Shown here: piece by piece, positions 1 through 12,300 of the stretch
Layout: every line of letters starts with the position of its first letter
Position numbering within the stretch: the first letter of the stretch is position 1
NCBI GenBank assembly: GCA_044892525.1
Contig: CM097885.1
Coordinates: 38,814,001 to 38,878,000 of the forward strand
Source of the DNA: Schmidtea polychroa
Taxonomy: Eukaryota
Direction: 5' to 3'
DNA: 64,000 nt
The notes under the pieces: generated by a model
Database searches by the model: none
What the model was told of the DNA's origin: nothing
What the model saw: only the letters and a program-made list of their open reading frames with translations
Program-made: the position numbers and the translations under genes

Positions 1-248
1 GAACAATAAAATCAACTAGATCAACAGAAATGTGACCAAAAGTGACAGGGTGGGTGGGTGGTTCAAAAATGTCATTTTTGGCGTGACGTAATTATGCAAT
101 GGCTCCTTATGAGAAATGAAGAAAAAGAAATTGAAGGTAATTGATCAGTGATGGAAATAAGATGTGTCAGAAACTTTATCACAGGCCTAGAACCAGACCG
201 GAGACAATTTATTATATATTTATTTTTCATAAATATTAATATAAATAT

Positions 249-938
249 CAGTGGCGCACCAAGGATTTCTGGGGCCCTTGTGCAGATTTTGGGACGCACA
301 AAATATTTGTCGAACGAAGTGATCCGAGGAACCAAACCATAGGCAGGCTTGGGGGAAGGTGATTAGCAACTCTCTGAGTAAATTTGCGCATTTTAAAACA
401 GAAATAGTAGCGTTTCGGGTTGGGTTGAAAGGATATTTTGTTAATTCTCGGAATTCTCTGTATATAGAATGGGCACATGCCAGGTACCATCATGATATAA
501 TGAACACTAATTGTTGTTATTGTCACTAATTTATTGAAACATAATTCTTAGAAAAAACTCAGATCATACGCTTATTTCACCATAATATAAAATTGAATCA
601 CATGATAAAAAGAAAGAACAAATTTGACATATGTGATTTACAACAATATCCAATATAGATTCCTAATAATATTAAATGTATAAACCGTCCAAACTGTGGT
701 TGCTGTCTTAATAAAAACAAAACAAACGCCAAAGCGATGCTTGGTTTGATGACAATCGGGGAATTTATAATGCTCGAACGTATAAATTTTACTAATTTTT
801 CGTCCTGGGCCCTTGTGCCGTGCACAACCTGCACAACCTATTGCTACGCCACTGGGTTGATGCATGCAGCATTGATAACAGGTGATTATATGGCCCATTA
901 TCCATGGGGTTGATGCATGCATCATTGCTACGCCACTG
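249..938. mobile_element. Non-autonomous hAT element/MITE with a duplicated 3' terminus (second copy 13044-13733)
   Basis: TIR CAGTGGCG...CGCCACTG with a perfect 8-bp TSD ATAAATAT (241-248, 939-946). An extra internal end ttgctacgccactg lies at 841-854. Confidence 0.85.
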
Positions 939-1683
939 ATAAATATAAAAAAATTTTGGGTTTGCAAAATATGACTAATTCAAATATTAATATAAACATT
1001 TTTTGTTCCTTGCGTGAAATATACGATTTTTGAGATGTTTTTTTCCTAAATACTGATTGGTCAAGCCTGAATATTAAAAAATAATGTCCATCGTCCATAG
1101 CAACGGCACTCGATAGTTTCATTTTAAAGTGTAAATTATAGGGTAACGTCTATTGGCGAGGGGTAACCACAAAGAGACCCTGAAAAAGATGTCAAAGTTA
1201 ATTAGGAAGTCCATTAAACTCGATTTAATAGTTTTATTGGCTCATTACAAGAGCAATTTTTACTGAATTTGACCTTTCGGTAACTATGGGAGACATTATA
1301 TTAAAAGAGAATTTCTTTCTTCAAATCCCAAACCACCCATAAAGTTGTTAACATATATGATAAAATAAAACAAAGGGAGGCGGGAGTTAATGACTGTGTA
1401 TGTTATGGTTACCCTCTCATTCTTTGTCGGGGAAAGTTTGTGATAAGTGAGAGGAGATTTTAAAGTTTCAAATAACTACAAATTGTCAAAATTTTATTTA
1501 ATACTTTTAAAATTGTTTGGAAAAAACAATTTACTTCTTGTTTGTTACTTTAATCGATTATAAGTTAATGTAAGCCAGGCATGTCTGATGGCGAAAGTTT
1601 TAATCACAAAATCTATTATTTCTGTATATATTTGTATAGTTAATCATTTTATTCGATATTTTAATTTTAACTAATGACATTAC

Positions 1684-2250
1684 GTAGTAATCAAGAAAAG
1701 ATACGTATCGTTTTCCTAAACTATCCGATGGCAATTTCCGTAGATAATCGAAATCCACTGTGTTTTTTCTAATTCTTGGTTTCTCTCTGAAATATTTATT
1801 TAATTAATTAAGCAAATTCATTGAAAGTCTTTATCACTTTAAAATTTCAATTCCACTGGGATTTGATTGCATTTTCTTGTAAAGATCATTGAGTACAATT
1901 GGAGCAGTTGTTTCGCCGAAAGTTGATATCATGTCTAACATTGAGAATATAACTAATTTAATCACGTAAAAAAATGTTTACCTTGACGCCATGGTTGAAA
2001 GAATGATAAAATTCCTGAACCAGCAGCCAAAAGTACTTTTTGAAATGAGGAAGTTGGTATATGTGTTTCATAATTCCTTGAGTTGTATATTGGATCAAAT
2101 TCATTTACATCATTATGAACTTAATATTTTAGATACATTATTATCTCTTAATATATTAATACCTTGGTCAGAATGACAATACAACTTTTTATCCAAAATA
2201 AAATTAGATTTTATCAAATATTTAAAATTATTTCTGAAAACGATTATCAT
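1684..2250 (-). CDS. COQ4: COQ4 exons 1-4, duplicated 5' half (2250-2163, 2119-1982, 1934-1838, 1786-1684); any 3' exons would lie left of the window
   Basis: Spliced translation ...[39 protein letters not shown]...[38 protein letters not shown] introns of 43, 47 and 51 nt. Matches 14479-15045. Confidence 0.85.
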
Positions 2251-2659
2251 AATTTATTTATTAAATTTCATGCTAATAGAAATTTATAAATTAGGTTAAC
2301 TTTTAAAAATTTGTTTAACACCAACTTGCATATTTAAACAATCAAGGATATTTAATTATTTCAATTTTTTATTAGATTTTCTTTCTTGAATAACTAAAAT
2401 TGGCCGTTTCAATATTATACTATTTATTAGAAATCAGCAATCTTTATATTAACAAGAGTTATATTTTTCTTTTCAAGTTTCATCATAAATTTAAACTATT
2501 GTCAATTAATTGAACATCTTTAAAAATGAACGAATGAATCATCTTTATGAATCATCATAAGTCTCAAGAAATCAAATGTCTAGTTCGTTTCTTCTGAATG
2601 TATTATAAATCTTTATTAATCTTTTTAATACTAGAACAGCAAAAACATGATTTTTGAGT

Positions 2660-3625
2660 AAATAATTAAACATACATGGCAACGATTTAATTCTAAGATA
2701 GCGTCACTCAAACATTCGTTTTACATTATATTTCGATTGTTTTTCAGTCATCGTCAAGTAGGATAGAATAATTCTCAACTAGATAAAAAAAATTATTTGT
2801 CTGGCAAATTAGAATTAGATATTGTTTATATGTTTTGAAATAAAGAAAGAAACTATTAAATTGCCAATCAAAAAAATGAAAAACTGAAAAAGTATTTTAT
2901 AGGAAATTTGAAATTTCGTCACTCAATAATTTATAATAATTTATCTTAAAATGAAGAAAAACAAACAGTTAGTGAATTTAAACTATAGGATTGTGTGAAA
3001 TTCATGCAAACTACGCAATGTGTTTATTAATAAATCTAAAACTCCGGTTGAATTGTGCTCTGATCTTATTTATCAGTTTACATGATATGGGTGTAATGCC
3101 ACTTCCCGTCATCTCTGTATTCAAATTCGAGAACATTATAGACCGAAGCCAATATTAGTTAGCACAATAGGGGCTGTAAGAGTAAAATATGTATGTCTGA
3201 TTTTAAAATTTTATTAAAAAACTTCGATAATTATTGGGAACGTGTAATTTGTGAAGCGTTATTGATAAAGTTATTGAATACAAAAATTAAATGTTTTTAA
3301 ATAATTTTTTTGTATATTGTATGTATGAATTGTTGTTATTAAATTAAATAATTAATAAATTACTAAATTAAATTTCAATATTTTAAAATTTAAAAAATAA
3401 TATATTACCTGAATTATAATTCTTATAATTTTTAAAAGAATGAAATGTTTTTATTAAAAATATTTTATATAATTAATAATTAATGCAATTAATAAATTTG
3501 TTTAAAAATCCTTAATTTCTATAGTTATTATATCCTACCTGATAATGACAAGAAAACTGTCGAAATATATGGTGAAACGAATGTCTGATTGGCGCTTTCT
3601 TATAATTTATCTTATGATTTAGATA
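2660..3625. mobile_element. Penelope-like element remnant: inverted terminal segment (2660-2800, minus) plus a decayed GIY-YIG 3' end (2960-3625, plus); duplicated at 15455-16420
   Basis: Homologous to 7950-8635 (KTPVELCSDL...NFDNYWERVICEALLIK) and to the hammerhead-bearing terminus, which occurs here in both orientations. Confidence 0.8.
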
Positions 3626-4216
3626 TGTATTACAAATCATTTTGATTTCTTTTTTTTACAATTTCCCGCCATAGAATTTCCTCTAATATATGTAGATTTG
3701 TGAGACATTGCGTGGAATCTCATCGAAATTCATCGTAAATGGATAACATTTGTTTGATCCCCTGGGACCAGCTGTTAGGTAAAGTAAGTAATAGAAGGTG
3801 ATCATCAGTACAAAGTAAGCTCCATTACTAGAACTGCTAATGCCTTGGCTGACATAAGAACCATGGACAACTATTAAAGGTGTAACAGAAGGTGAACTAT
3901 GAGTCCTGTATAAACTTAAATATCATAATAATATGTTGTCAATATAACAACTATAAAGCAACAATAAAATGATTTATTATTGTGATTGACAATGAAAGCC
4001 TTTAATATGTTTCGGAAGTGTTGTAGTTAGCATCAATAAATGTTAATATGTTTCAGATTTTGTCTATGCTCATTTTCTTCAAGATAAAGGATGTTTTCCT
4101 TATCGAAATTTCTTTGAAATTTAATAAAAATCGCTGATACAGATTTTCCCGTGACTGTTGACGAAGTTCTCTTTCTTCTAAGTTTCCATTTCGAATAATA
4201 TGACTTCATTCAATGC

Positions 4217-4545
4217 GTTACTTTGTATCATTGATGGAGGATATTGAAGCTGAGCACATTGAGCATATTGAGCATATTCCATATTATGTAGCCGTACGGT
4301 GGTTGAGTTCGTCGAAAGTTCTAAGAAGAGTTTGGGAATTAAAAGATCAAATAATTTTGTTTTTGGAAATGTAAGACAATAATTGTTTTCCTGAATTAAA
4401 ATGTGATCAGTGGTTATATGATTTCACCTTTTCTATTGATTTATTGGAGCATTTGGACGTCCTTTATATTAAACTTCAAGGAAAAGGTTTATTTATAGAT
4501 GAAATTTATGACCATGTAAATTCATTTCGGACAAAGTTGTTGTTT
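4217..4545 (+). pseudogene. hAT transposase fragment (Buster/SPIN/GTF2IRD2-like) at the duplication breakpoint
   Basis: PYYVAVRWLSSSKVLRRVWELKDQIILFLEM*...WLYDFTFSIDLLEHLDVLYIKLQGK. Confidence 0.8.
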
Positions 4546-6022
4546 AAACAGAATTTTAGTAATTCTCTTCTGTTTCTATTTAGTAAAGTAATAAATAGTG
4601 TTTTGAAAGGTTCATTGTCTTTTGAAATGTCGTATATTTTATCAACTATTTCGGCTAGGGTGTTGCTTGGTAGTGCAACTATTTTGTGTAAGCATAATAT
4701 TTTTGAAGATTTATTGCCGATAAAATTAGGGTTAGTTTAATAAACTCTAACCATTGTTGTGGCCTTCTGTTTTCATTTGTCAAAGAATTTCTGTTTGTTT
4801 TAGGGTTTAGAAATGGATTTATTGTGTGTCTCATCGGGTTGAAAAAGTAATTTGTGTTCTTAATTTTATTGTTTGAAGTAGGTAGTTAATGGCTCCCACA
4901 CTATAATCACCCTCGCCATTGTATTGGAACTTTGGAATGTCAATCTGAGGCTAGAGCAGTATGCTATTGTGGCTATATCAATATGAAGAATGCACTATAG
5001 TGAGGGGGATAGATGAAATTTTAATAAGAGCACACACATAATTTAATGCCGGCTTTATCAAACCCGAAATATCCAGAGAAAATTTCAATCTTTTCACTGA
5101 AGAACTATCTTTCCCTATTCCACGTCCACTTTAAATCAATTGCATGTTAACATAGATACAGGCACCAGAATCAATTTTCTACTTAATCCGATAAATTATC
5201 AATGAACGCAAGTTTTCTATATCAATTCTGTAAGGGACCCTTATAAATAACTAAAAATTGCCACGATGATCCAATTGCAAATGTAACGGCTCACACTCAA
5301 CTACCCAGCATTTAGAGATATTGCGAGCAAGTAATTATTTTATTATTGTTGAGTGTGACCAGTACCCTTGCAACCAGTGCCCATAGGGGGACAAAACATC
5401 TTGTCGGATATATCTTGCTTAGTTGTACCGCGCGCTACGGTTCTGTGTTCTCAATCGTCGGTGCACAATAGTCTGCGCGCAAAAGTTGGTGCACCCAATA
5501 ATGCAGTGATATAGCAAAAATGTCGATGATTTGAAGCAGCCTTTGGAAGAGTCACTGAGTATTTGAATAAACATCAACCAATTTGGTTTACTCTTCAGCA
5601 ACCACATTAGGTATACAGAAAGATGCCTCGCCAAGAGCGCACCATATACATTCTATTCAAGGTAAACCCAAGCTCAGCGATTAATCATCAGCGAACATGA
5701 CGATAAATGCGGCGGAACTGAGACGCCGCATCAAAAATCTTAACATGAACGAGCAGAGTTCCATCATACCCATCCATCATTTTTCGGAACACCCAAACTT
5801 GAAACTACAGATATCGATTCCTTCTAAGACTAAAATTAAACCCCAAAAAGGAGAATAGACAAAGAAAATGACGATTAGAACAAGAACTGTAGAACCAAAA
5901 CCCTCGCGACATCTTAAAGGAATTACTAAAATCATCAAAAACAAGCATTTTTGATATGAATGTCGACAGCTGAACTAAATGTGTTGGTTTATATTTTGTT
6001 GCTATCCATTAAATGTATAAAT

Positions 6023-6435
6023 TAGTGTTGTCCAAACTGTGTGCCGTGGTAGGTGCCCAGGTGTGCCGTCAAATTTTTTAAAAAAAAGTCATAAAAACCC
6101 TGTTTGTCCAAACAACTTAATAAAAGGAAATTGAATTGTGGATATTTTAACAGTTATTTCAAATTTAAATGTTAATCAGTCAATTAAGTGCGAAATTTAT
6201 TTGTTTACAACAGTGTTGTCCAAACTGTGTACCTTCTGTCATTCACTAATTTTTCTAAATTTAAAATTTTTTACATTAAATTTATTTCAAGTAAATAAGT
6301 TTTTCATTTCTTATTAAAAGATTAGTAAAAGTGCAATAAAAAATTGCAAATAAAGCAAAAAAAAAATTAAGTATGCCGCGAACATTTTTAATTCAGCCAA
6401 GTGTGCCGTGGCTCAAAAAAGTTTGGAAAACACTG
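6023..6435. mobile_element. hAT MITE
   Basis: TIR TAGTGTTGTCCAAACT / AGTTTGGAAAACACTG with a perfect 8-bp TSD GTATAAAT (6015-6022, 6436-6443). A third TIR copy lies internally at ~6210. Confidence 0.88.
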
Positions 6436-7149
6436 GTATAAATGTAGGATTAGTTGTGTCATTTAACTTATGAATTTCCTAATTAAAAAACCATTTATGT
6501 ATAATTAATTTAACTCTTAAGATCAACTGAAATATTTGATAAAGAAGATTCATATTCATCTATATGAAACACATTATGAAAATGAAAACAGAAAAAATAT
6601 CTATTAAATGCTGCACTAATTCATTTCATTTAGTGTTAATTATTTATCCAATTATCCAACTCCACAAATGATCATAATAATTGAATCAAGTTCCAAAGTT
6701 CTGAATAATATCCCTGATATTCTGTTTGCAAATTAATTTTTAATTTCTGGAAATTTCATGGGAAATTACATAGATTACTGCTTTTATTGTGTTCTTTATT
6801 GTATGCTTTTATTGCTTTTACATTGTGTAGAGTTATCAAAATGTTTTCCTGATCTTGGCATCCCCCTGGTTTCATTGAAAATATAATGGTAATTAACATT
6901 TTATGTATCTTCTGTAAATTATATTTTGCTAATGGTTGAGGCTCTTCATCTGTTCAAAAATGTAATTATTGATACAAAATTCTGTAACTTTGACTGGTTG
7001 TCAAAAATGTCAAATTGGAATTGAAGTTTTTTTGAGTTTCTCAAGATTTCTATAAGATTGAGATTATACAGCAGTTTTGCGTGGTCTTTAATAAATAGTA
7101 ACATATTAATCAAATGAAATGGAAAAATTAATTATCAAATTAATGAAAT

Positions 7150-8635
7150 GAAAAATTTCTGAACATCATATTTTGGATAGAAGAGCATTTCGTGAACTTC
7201 TGGAATTTGCTATTTCAAAAATCAATTTTCTTTTCAATAATGAATGGTATCAACAAATCGATAGAGTTGCTATGGGTTCTCCTTTAGCACCAACGATGGC
7301 TTCAATTTTTTCAGTAAGCTTAGAAAATAAAATTACATCTTTCCAATGTATGAAAACCACTGTTTATAAACGGTATGTGGATGATATTTTTATATTTGAA
7401 AATCAGAGGCATGTTGATCCAATTTTGCATTATATGAATAGTCTACATAAAAACATTGTATTCACTTGTGAAACGGAGAAAAATCATCACTTGCTTTCTT
7501 GGATCTATTAATAAAACGCTATGATAGAAACACTATGAGACAGAGATTTATAGAAAACCAGCTTATACTGGTCTCTACTTCATTCGAATTTTTTTTATGA
7601 ATTCAAGTATAAAAGAAATATGGTCAAGGGGTTGATTTATCGTTCGTGGCCTTTGTCTTCTACTTTTGAAAATTCAGTAAAGTCTTGACAAATTGATAGA
7701 ATTGTTAATGAAGAACGGTTATTCAAAATCATTTTTATTAATTATGGTAAAAAAAGACAGTTGACAAATTTATTTAAAATCCTAGGGATCCATGTTTGAG
7801 AAAATCTGGGTGAGATGTTGTTGAGGCGTGTGAGTTTGATGAGTAAAAAAATTAAATAGTGTGAGCAATGATGGTGAGCCTAAATTTGTGTTAACATTGC
7901 CGTACTCAGAAGGTTTTAAGGATTATAAAGTGAAGATAAGAAAGCAGTTAGGTAATTTAAACTATAGGATAGTGTCAATTTTATGGAAAGTACTCAATAT
8001 GTTTATTAAAAAGTCTAAAACTCCGGTCGAATTGTGTTCCGATCTCGTTTATCAGTTTACGTATAATGGGTGTAATGCCACATACATTGGAGAGACTTCC
8101 CGTCATCTCTATATTCGAGCTCGAGAACATTATAGACAGAAGACTTTGACCCATATTAGTGAACACATTAACGGCTGTAAGAGTTAAATAGGTATGTCTG
8201 ATTTTAAAATTTGATTAAAAAATTTCGATAATTATTGGGATCGTGTAATTTGTTCGGCGATATTGATAGTCATTGAATCCAAAAATTATTATGCTGAATG
8301 CAGTGAATACTTTTAAATAATTTTTTTAATATTGTATGTATTGATGTTTGTTAAATTAATTAATTAATAAAAAAATTTAAATTATTAAAATAAATTGTTA
8401 AAAATTTTTTTTTAATAATATATAATATTATGTAATGTTAATTATGATTTATAAAATATGAAATGTTTTTATTAAATAATAAAAATTTTATATAATTAAT
8501 AAATTTGTTTAAAATCCTTAATTTATAGTTTTTATATTCCACCTGATGATGACAGGAAAACTGTAGAAATAAATCGTGAAAAGAATGTTTAATTGGCGTT
8601 TTCTTATATTTAAATCATTGCCATGTATGTGTAAA
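7150..8635 (+). mobile_element. 5'-truncated, frameshifted Penelope-like retroelement (RT + GIY-YIG endonuclease)
   Basis: RT motifs VAMGSPLAP and YKRYVDD (7173-7511). GIY-YIG motif VYQFTYNGCNATYIGETSRHL (7861-8187). Terminal hammerhead at 8540-8578. Confidence 0.92.
8540..8578 (+). ncRNA. Minimal hammerhead ribozyme of the Penelope-like element (slightly degenerate)
   Basis: cac CTGATGA t GACAG gaaaa CTGTA GAAA taaa TC gtg. Confidence 0.75.
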
Positions 8636-9337
8636 TACTTATATTAATCAAAAGTAAATTTTATTTTCTCGACAAAGTTTGTGTATCTTGACAATTGACA
8701 AATGCTTCAATCGTACCAGTTAGTAATTTCTCGGTTAATTTGGTTAAGATAAACTCTGTCAATCTGCTTGCTAGTAAATGCTTCAAACCCATACACTCGC
8801 GCGTAAACACTTAATTTTCTACAGACTCTGTTACTGAAATAATTAAAATTTTCGTTGTGCTTATGCAATCTGCACTGTTTGTTTGTCGAATAGAAATGAT
8901 TTATAAAATTTTTAATTATTTTTTATTTTTATAATTACATGTTTTTTGGGACCCACGATAATTTCAAATTATTAGATTTGTTGTCAACTTTTAAGTTGTT
9001 ACCTGTTTCCAATGTTCCCAGAACAATACAGATTTTACATTATATAATTCTTTATCTAATCTTCAATGTAATTTTCTGTAATTTTTTTATAACGTCTAAA
9101 TCCAGATCCTCATTTATAAAATACCCTGTAAATCATTAATCAATATTTGCACAATTTATATAATTTTTATTGATTGTTTTAATAGATTTTTCTTTGATAA
9201 TACCTTTTCATTTTGTTGCCAATAAATAAAGAAATATTCATTCTATAAAATGAAATCAAAATTTATGCCGCCCATCAACAGAAAATATCTTATCACAAAA
9301 TCCGAAAACAGAAACAACAAAAATAGCGAAATATATT

Positions 9338-12300
9338 CTAAAATTGTAATTTGTCATCCAAATTCGGTGAAGGACAGACTGGAATTTTCAATTGCTTACG
9401 TATTTCATGAATTGATTTTTCCCAATTTTTCTCAAAATAATAAAACAGAATTGTCTCACTTTCATGACCTGCTTTAATAGCAAAATTCAAATGAGATTTG
9501 ATAAAATTCTCTCGCTGCCTGAAACGTTTAGTCAATTTTATTTATTCACTCATTTTATCAGATATTAATTTTTTTTAAAAAGATGATTTACTTCGGTTTC
9601 AATCGTAAAGAGCCAAAGAATCCTCCCGTGACACACATTGGAAGGCCAGTTTGTAATCCTTCTACCCATTTTACAACGACTTCTCCCAACATATCCGTAG
9701 GTTGGTTCAAAATTACATGAGTCAGATCATGAACTTCCCGATAACGCAACATTAAATAGGCCAAGTTAGGATCATCAATGAAACTCACCTCCATCCGTTC
9801 ATCTGGTGAATATTTCTATTGGATACCACAATCAAATGGTATAAATTTACAAAGAAATTGATGGGTAATTAGGACGTTCTTTTTACAAAATGCTATTTAA
9901 CTTATTATTATTTGTTGGATGGGGTTAAATCTTATAATCTAATTTTGACATACTCTCCCATCCTCCAGAACATAGTCATTATGAGCCATAGTCAAAAAAT
10001 TTTCCAAGTCTATTTAACAAAAAAAAATTGGCACAATGCCAAATTAGAACAAAGAACTTATTTTTAATATTAATTTTTTAAATTTTGTTTAAATAGTATA
10101 ATATAAAATAAATTGCTCTATAACTTCGTTGATATGACTTTTCGATTAGATAATTTCGTCATAACGAAAACCTCATTGAAAGGTTTGTCTTGCGTTTTGA
10201 CGTATGACTAACGTATCAAAATATAAAATCAAAATTCCTATCCTATAGAGCATGTGTTCTTAGCCTTTTTCAAAGCCCGCACCCTTTGAATTTTATAAAG
10301 TGATTTAGCACCCTCAGGGGATCCCGGGTTTAAATTAAACGCCATATGGGGTCATTGCGTAATTACGTCACGCCAAAAATGACATTTTTGAGCCACCCAC
10401 CCACCCTGTCACTTTTGGTCACATTTCTGTTGATATACAACAATTTAAAATTTGAAAAATATTTTATTATAGCAATTAATTTACTCACAAATTCACGATT
10501 CAAGACATCTGGTGTCGAAAATGGAACTTGTCAAATGAGGGGATTTGTGTTGTTGTTGGCAGACAAGTAGAATTGGTTGCATACATCGACAACTACCACA
10601 ACGTTCGTAAATGATTTCGAAATAGTGCGGCACAACTAAATGTCACAATACCTACTTCAATTTGATTGTTTCGTCCGCACCCCCCAGAAATTTTATCCCG
10701 CACAATTAGTGGTGCATGTACCCCTGATTAAGAACCCGCTATAGATTTATTTCCCTACAATATTTATATAGGTCATATTTTGATCAGGAAAATATTTTAG
10801 TATTTTTACGTAGGTCATTTGCATTAATTTAAAATTATAATTCAACAATTTTGTAGAGTATAAAATTCTGTACTTTGTAGTTTATGTGATAATTCCTTCA
10901 ATGTTAAATATTTGCTTGAAAAATACTTTATTTTGTTACATAACACTTGAAAAAAGCACTGCTGGAAATTTGTGAGTGGTTTAAAGTTGTTTTGGAAAGA
11001 AATTGAACTACAAGTGTACTTTATATTTCGATAATATTTAAATTTTCTGGTTCCATATAAAAAGACTAAATAAATAATAAGTTTTATTTCAATCAATCAA
11101 ATCCAATAAAAATTTTTAATTCAGTAATATTTATTCAAACCTTTGAGACGTTTTAAATTCAGCCAAAATTTTAAAATTATATAAATTGAAATTCCCAATT
11201 AATATTTTTATAAATATTCTTTTTGAAATTTTTTACACTAAAAATTTTAATTTTCATATTTAAAAATTTTTAATTCTTCTTTTGTTTTTCTGAAATTTTT
11301 AATCCTTACAATATTCAAATGATAAAATCCCAACACAAACTGTTTATTTGTCAGCACAATGATCACACGTATTAAATCTTTCAAATAACAATGCTCACAT
11401 GTTATAGCAGGAATCGATTTTTTTTAAATACCCGCGGACAACAACAAATTTGCAAAATTAATTCCGATTCACAATAGTTATTAGTTTTATTCTTTTTAAT
11501 AACTCTATTTATCTCACTGACAATAGATAATAGTCCTTTTGATTGTAAATTTATACTAGATCATGGGTGGGGAACCTCTTTATTTCCATAGGCCACATTG
11601 AAATTTGATGTCACCAAATAGGGCCGCAGTCAAAAAGTATTTTAACATAAATTAATTTCATTTTAAATCTTTTATTTATATACAGTTAGTAATTAAAACA
11701 ATATTTATAATCAGTATCCAGATTTGAAAAAACGAAATATTCTGGAAAGTTATTATTTCTGAATTGAAAAATTGATGCAAATAAGTCATCATTTCACAAA
11801 TGAGTGCTCAATAATCTTATTTATTCGTCTACATACGTTTTGTATTTATGGGTGTGAATGATTGACTTCTATATTTCGTTCCTTGTACTCGACGGGTTGC
11901 TTGTACAGTACGGTATATATATACAGTTCAGTATTTTTATTTACAAGTATTTTTATTTGTAAATCCTCAAAATTCATGGTTTTTTATATAAATTAAGATT
12001 TATTTCGATAAGGCTCCGGGAGGCCGCAGGTTCCCCACCCTGTACTAGATCATACTAGCAATTGCTCAGATTTTTAAATTTCTTTTATAGTCGTCTCAGG
12101 CATCAATCATCGTAAATTTCAAAATTAATCAAAAATTAGAATCACTAATTTCCTTAATACTAAATAAAATCCTATTTCAGCTTGACACGACATAAAACAG
12201 AATTTTCTTTACTTAGTAGAATGATTGATGTCGTAAATTAATTAGTTTGTATTTTTTTAAATAACTTCTTCTAGTGACTCTCCATTGATTTAAAATGATC

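Larger units (their letters stand above)
1..4216. repeat. Segmental duplication, copy 1 (begins before the window)
   Basis: Matches 12796-17011 at a constant offset of 12795. Only 3 substitutions noticed (636, 954, 3915). Identity ends abruptly after ...tcattcaatgc at 4216/17011. Confidence 0.97.

Noticed and set aside
72..1122. Cluster of short ORFs (repeated at 12867-13917)
   Set aside because: They lie in MITEs inside a COQ4 intron and show no recognisable motifs.
4725..4812. TTAGGG-like motifs as an interstitial telomere
   Set aside because: Only isolated units, no array.
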